64,000 nt of DNA from contig NC_068990.1 in NCBI RefSeq assembly GCF_001194135.2, forward strand, positions 6,988,521 to 7,052,520, written 5' to 3'. The notes beneath the pieces are model-generated. The model did no database searches. It had not been told where the DNA came from and saw only the letters and a program-made list of their open reading frames with translations. This stretch comes from Octopus bimaculoides. Lineage: Eukaryota. Below are positions 63,970-64,000 of this stretch, piece by piece; within the stretch, counting starts at the first letter, position 1, and every line of letters begins with the position of its first letter. A program made the position numbers and the translations under genes.

Positions 63970-64000
63970 TTTCATTTGATAAAAAGTTTTCTTGCACCCA
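63970..64000 (+). CDS. DNAH5: Dynein heavy chain (DNAH5/8-like) exon start, FHLIKSFLAP..., runs off window
   Basis: ttaattctcttttctag|TTT CAT TTG; phase 0; corresponds to recalled DNAH5 [10 protein letters not shown]. Donor lies outside the window. Confidence 0.65.

Overview
AT-rich, microsatellite-dense eukaryotic scaffold with short-read N gaps. The SINE and RTE repeat families look like those of an octopod cephalopod (inferred from recalled repeat families; no database search was possible). The only well-supported gene is the 5' part of a + strand axonemal outer-arm dynein heavy chain (DNAH5/DNAH8-like). It has five small exons (41567-41610, 44365-44454, 50970-51002, 57987-58049, 63970-window end) with canonical splice sites, compatible phases and 2.8-7 kb introns. 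A CpG-rich, dyad-symmetric promoter-like core (NRF1/STAT-ETS/YY1/E2F motifs, about 25.75-25.88 kb) has RFX X-box-like sites nearby, and a second CpG cluster at 24.3-24.7 kb may start a divergent gene. The rest is transposon debris: four tRNA-SINE families, RTE, HERO/NeSL-like and CR1/L2 LINE fragments, Penelope-like elements with hammerhead-ribozyme-like cores, Tc1, DD37D/maT, mariner, Merlin, piggyBac and Helitron remnants, MITEs (one filled with telomere-type repeats) and minisatellites. The most notable structural theme is the number of fold-back inverted repeats in and just upstream of the dynein introns. No rRNA, true tRNA gene or CRISPR array is supported.
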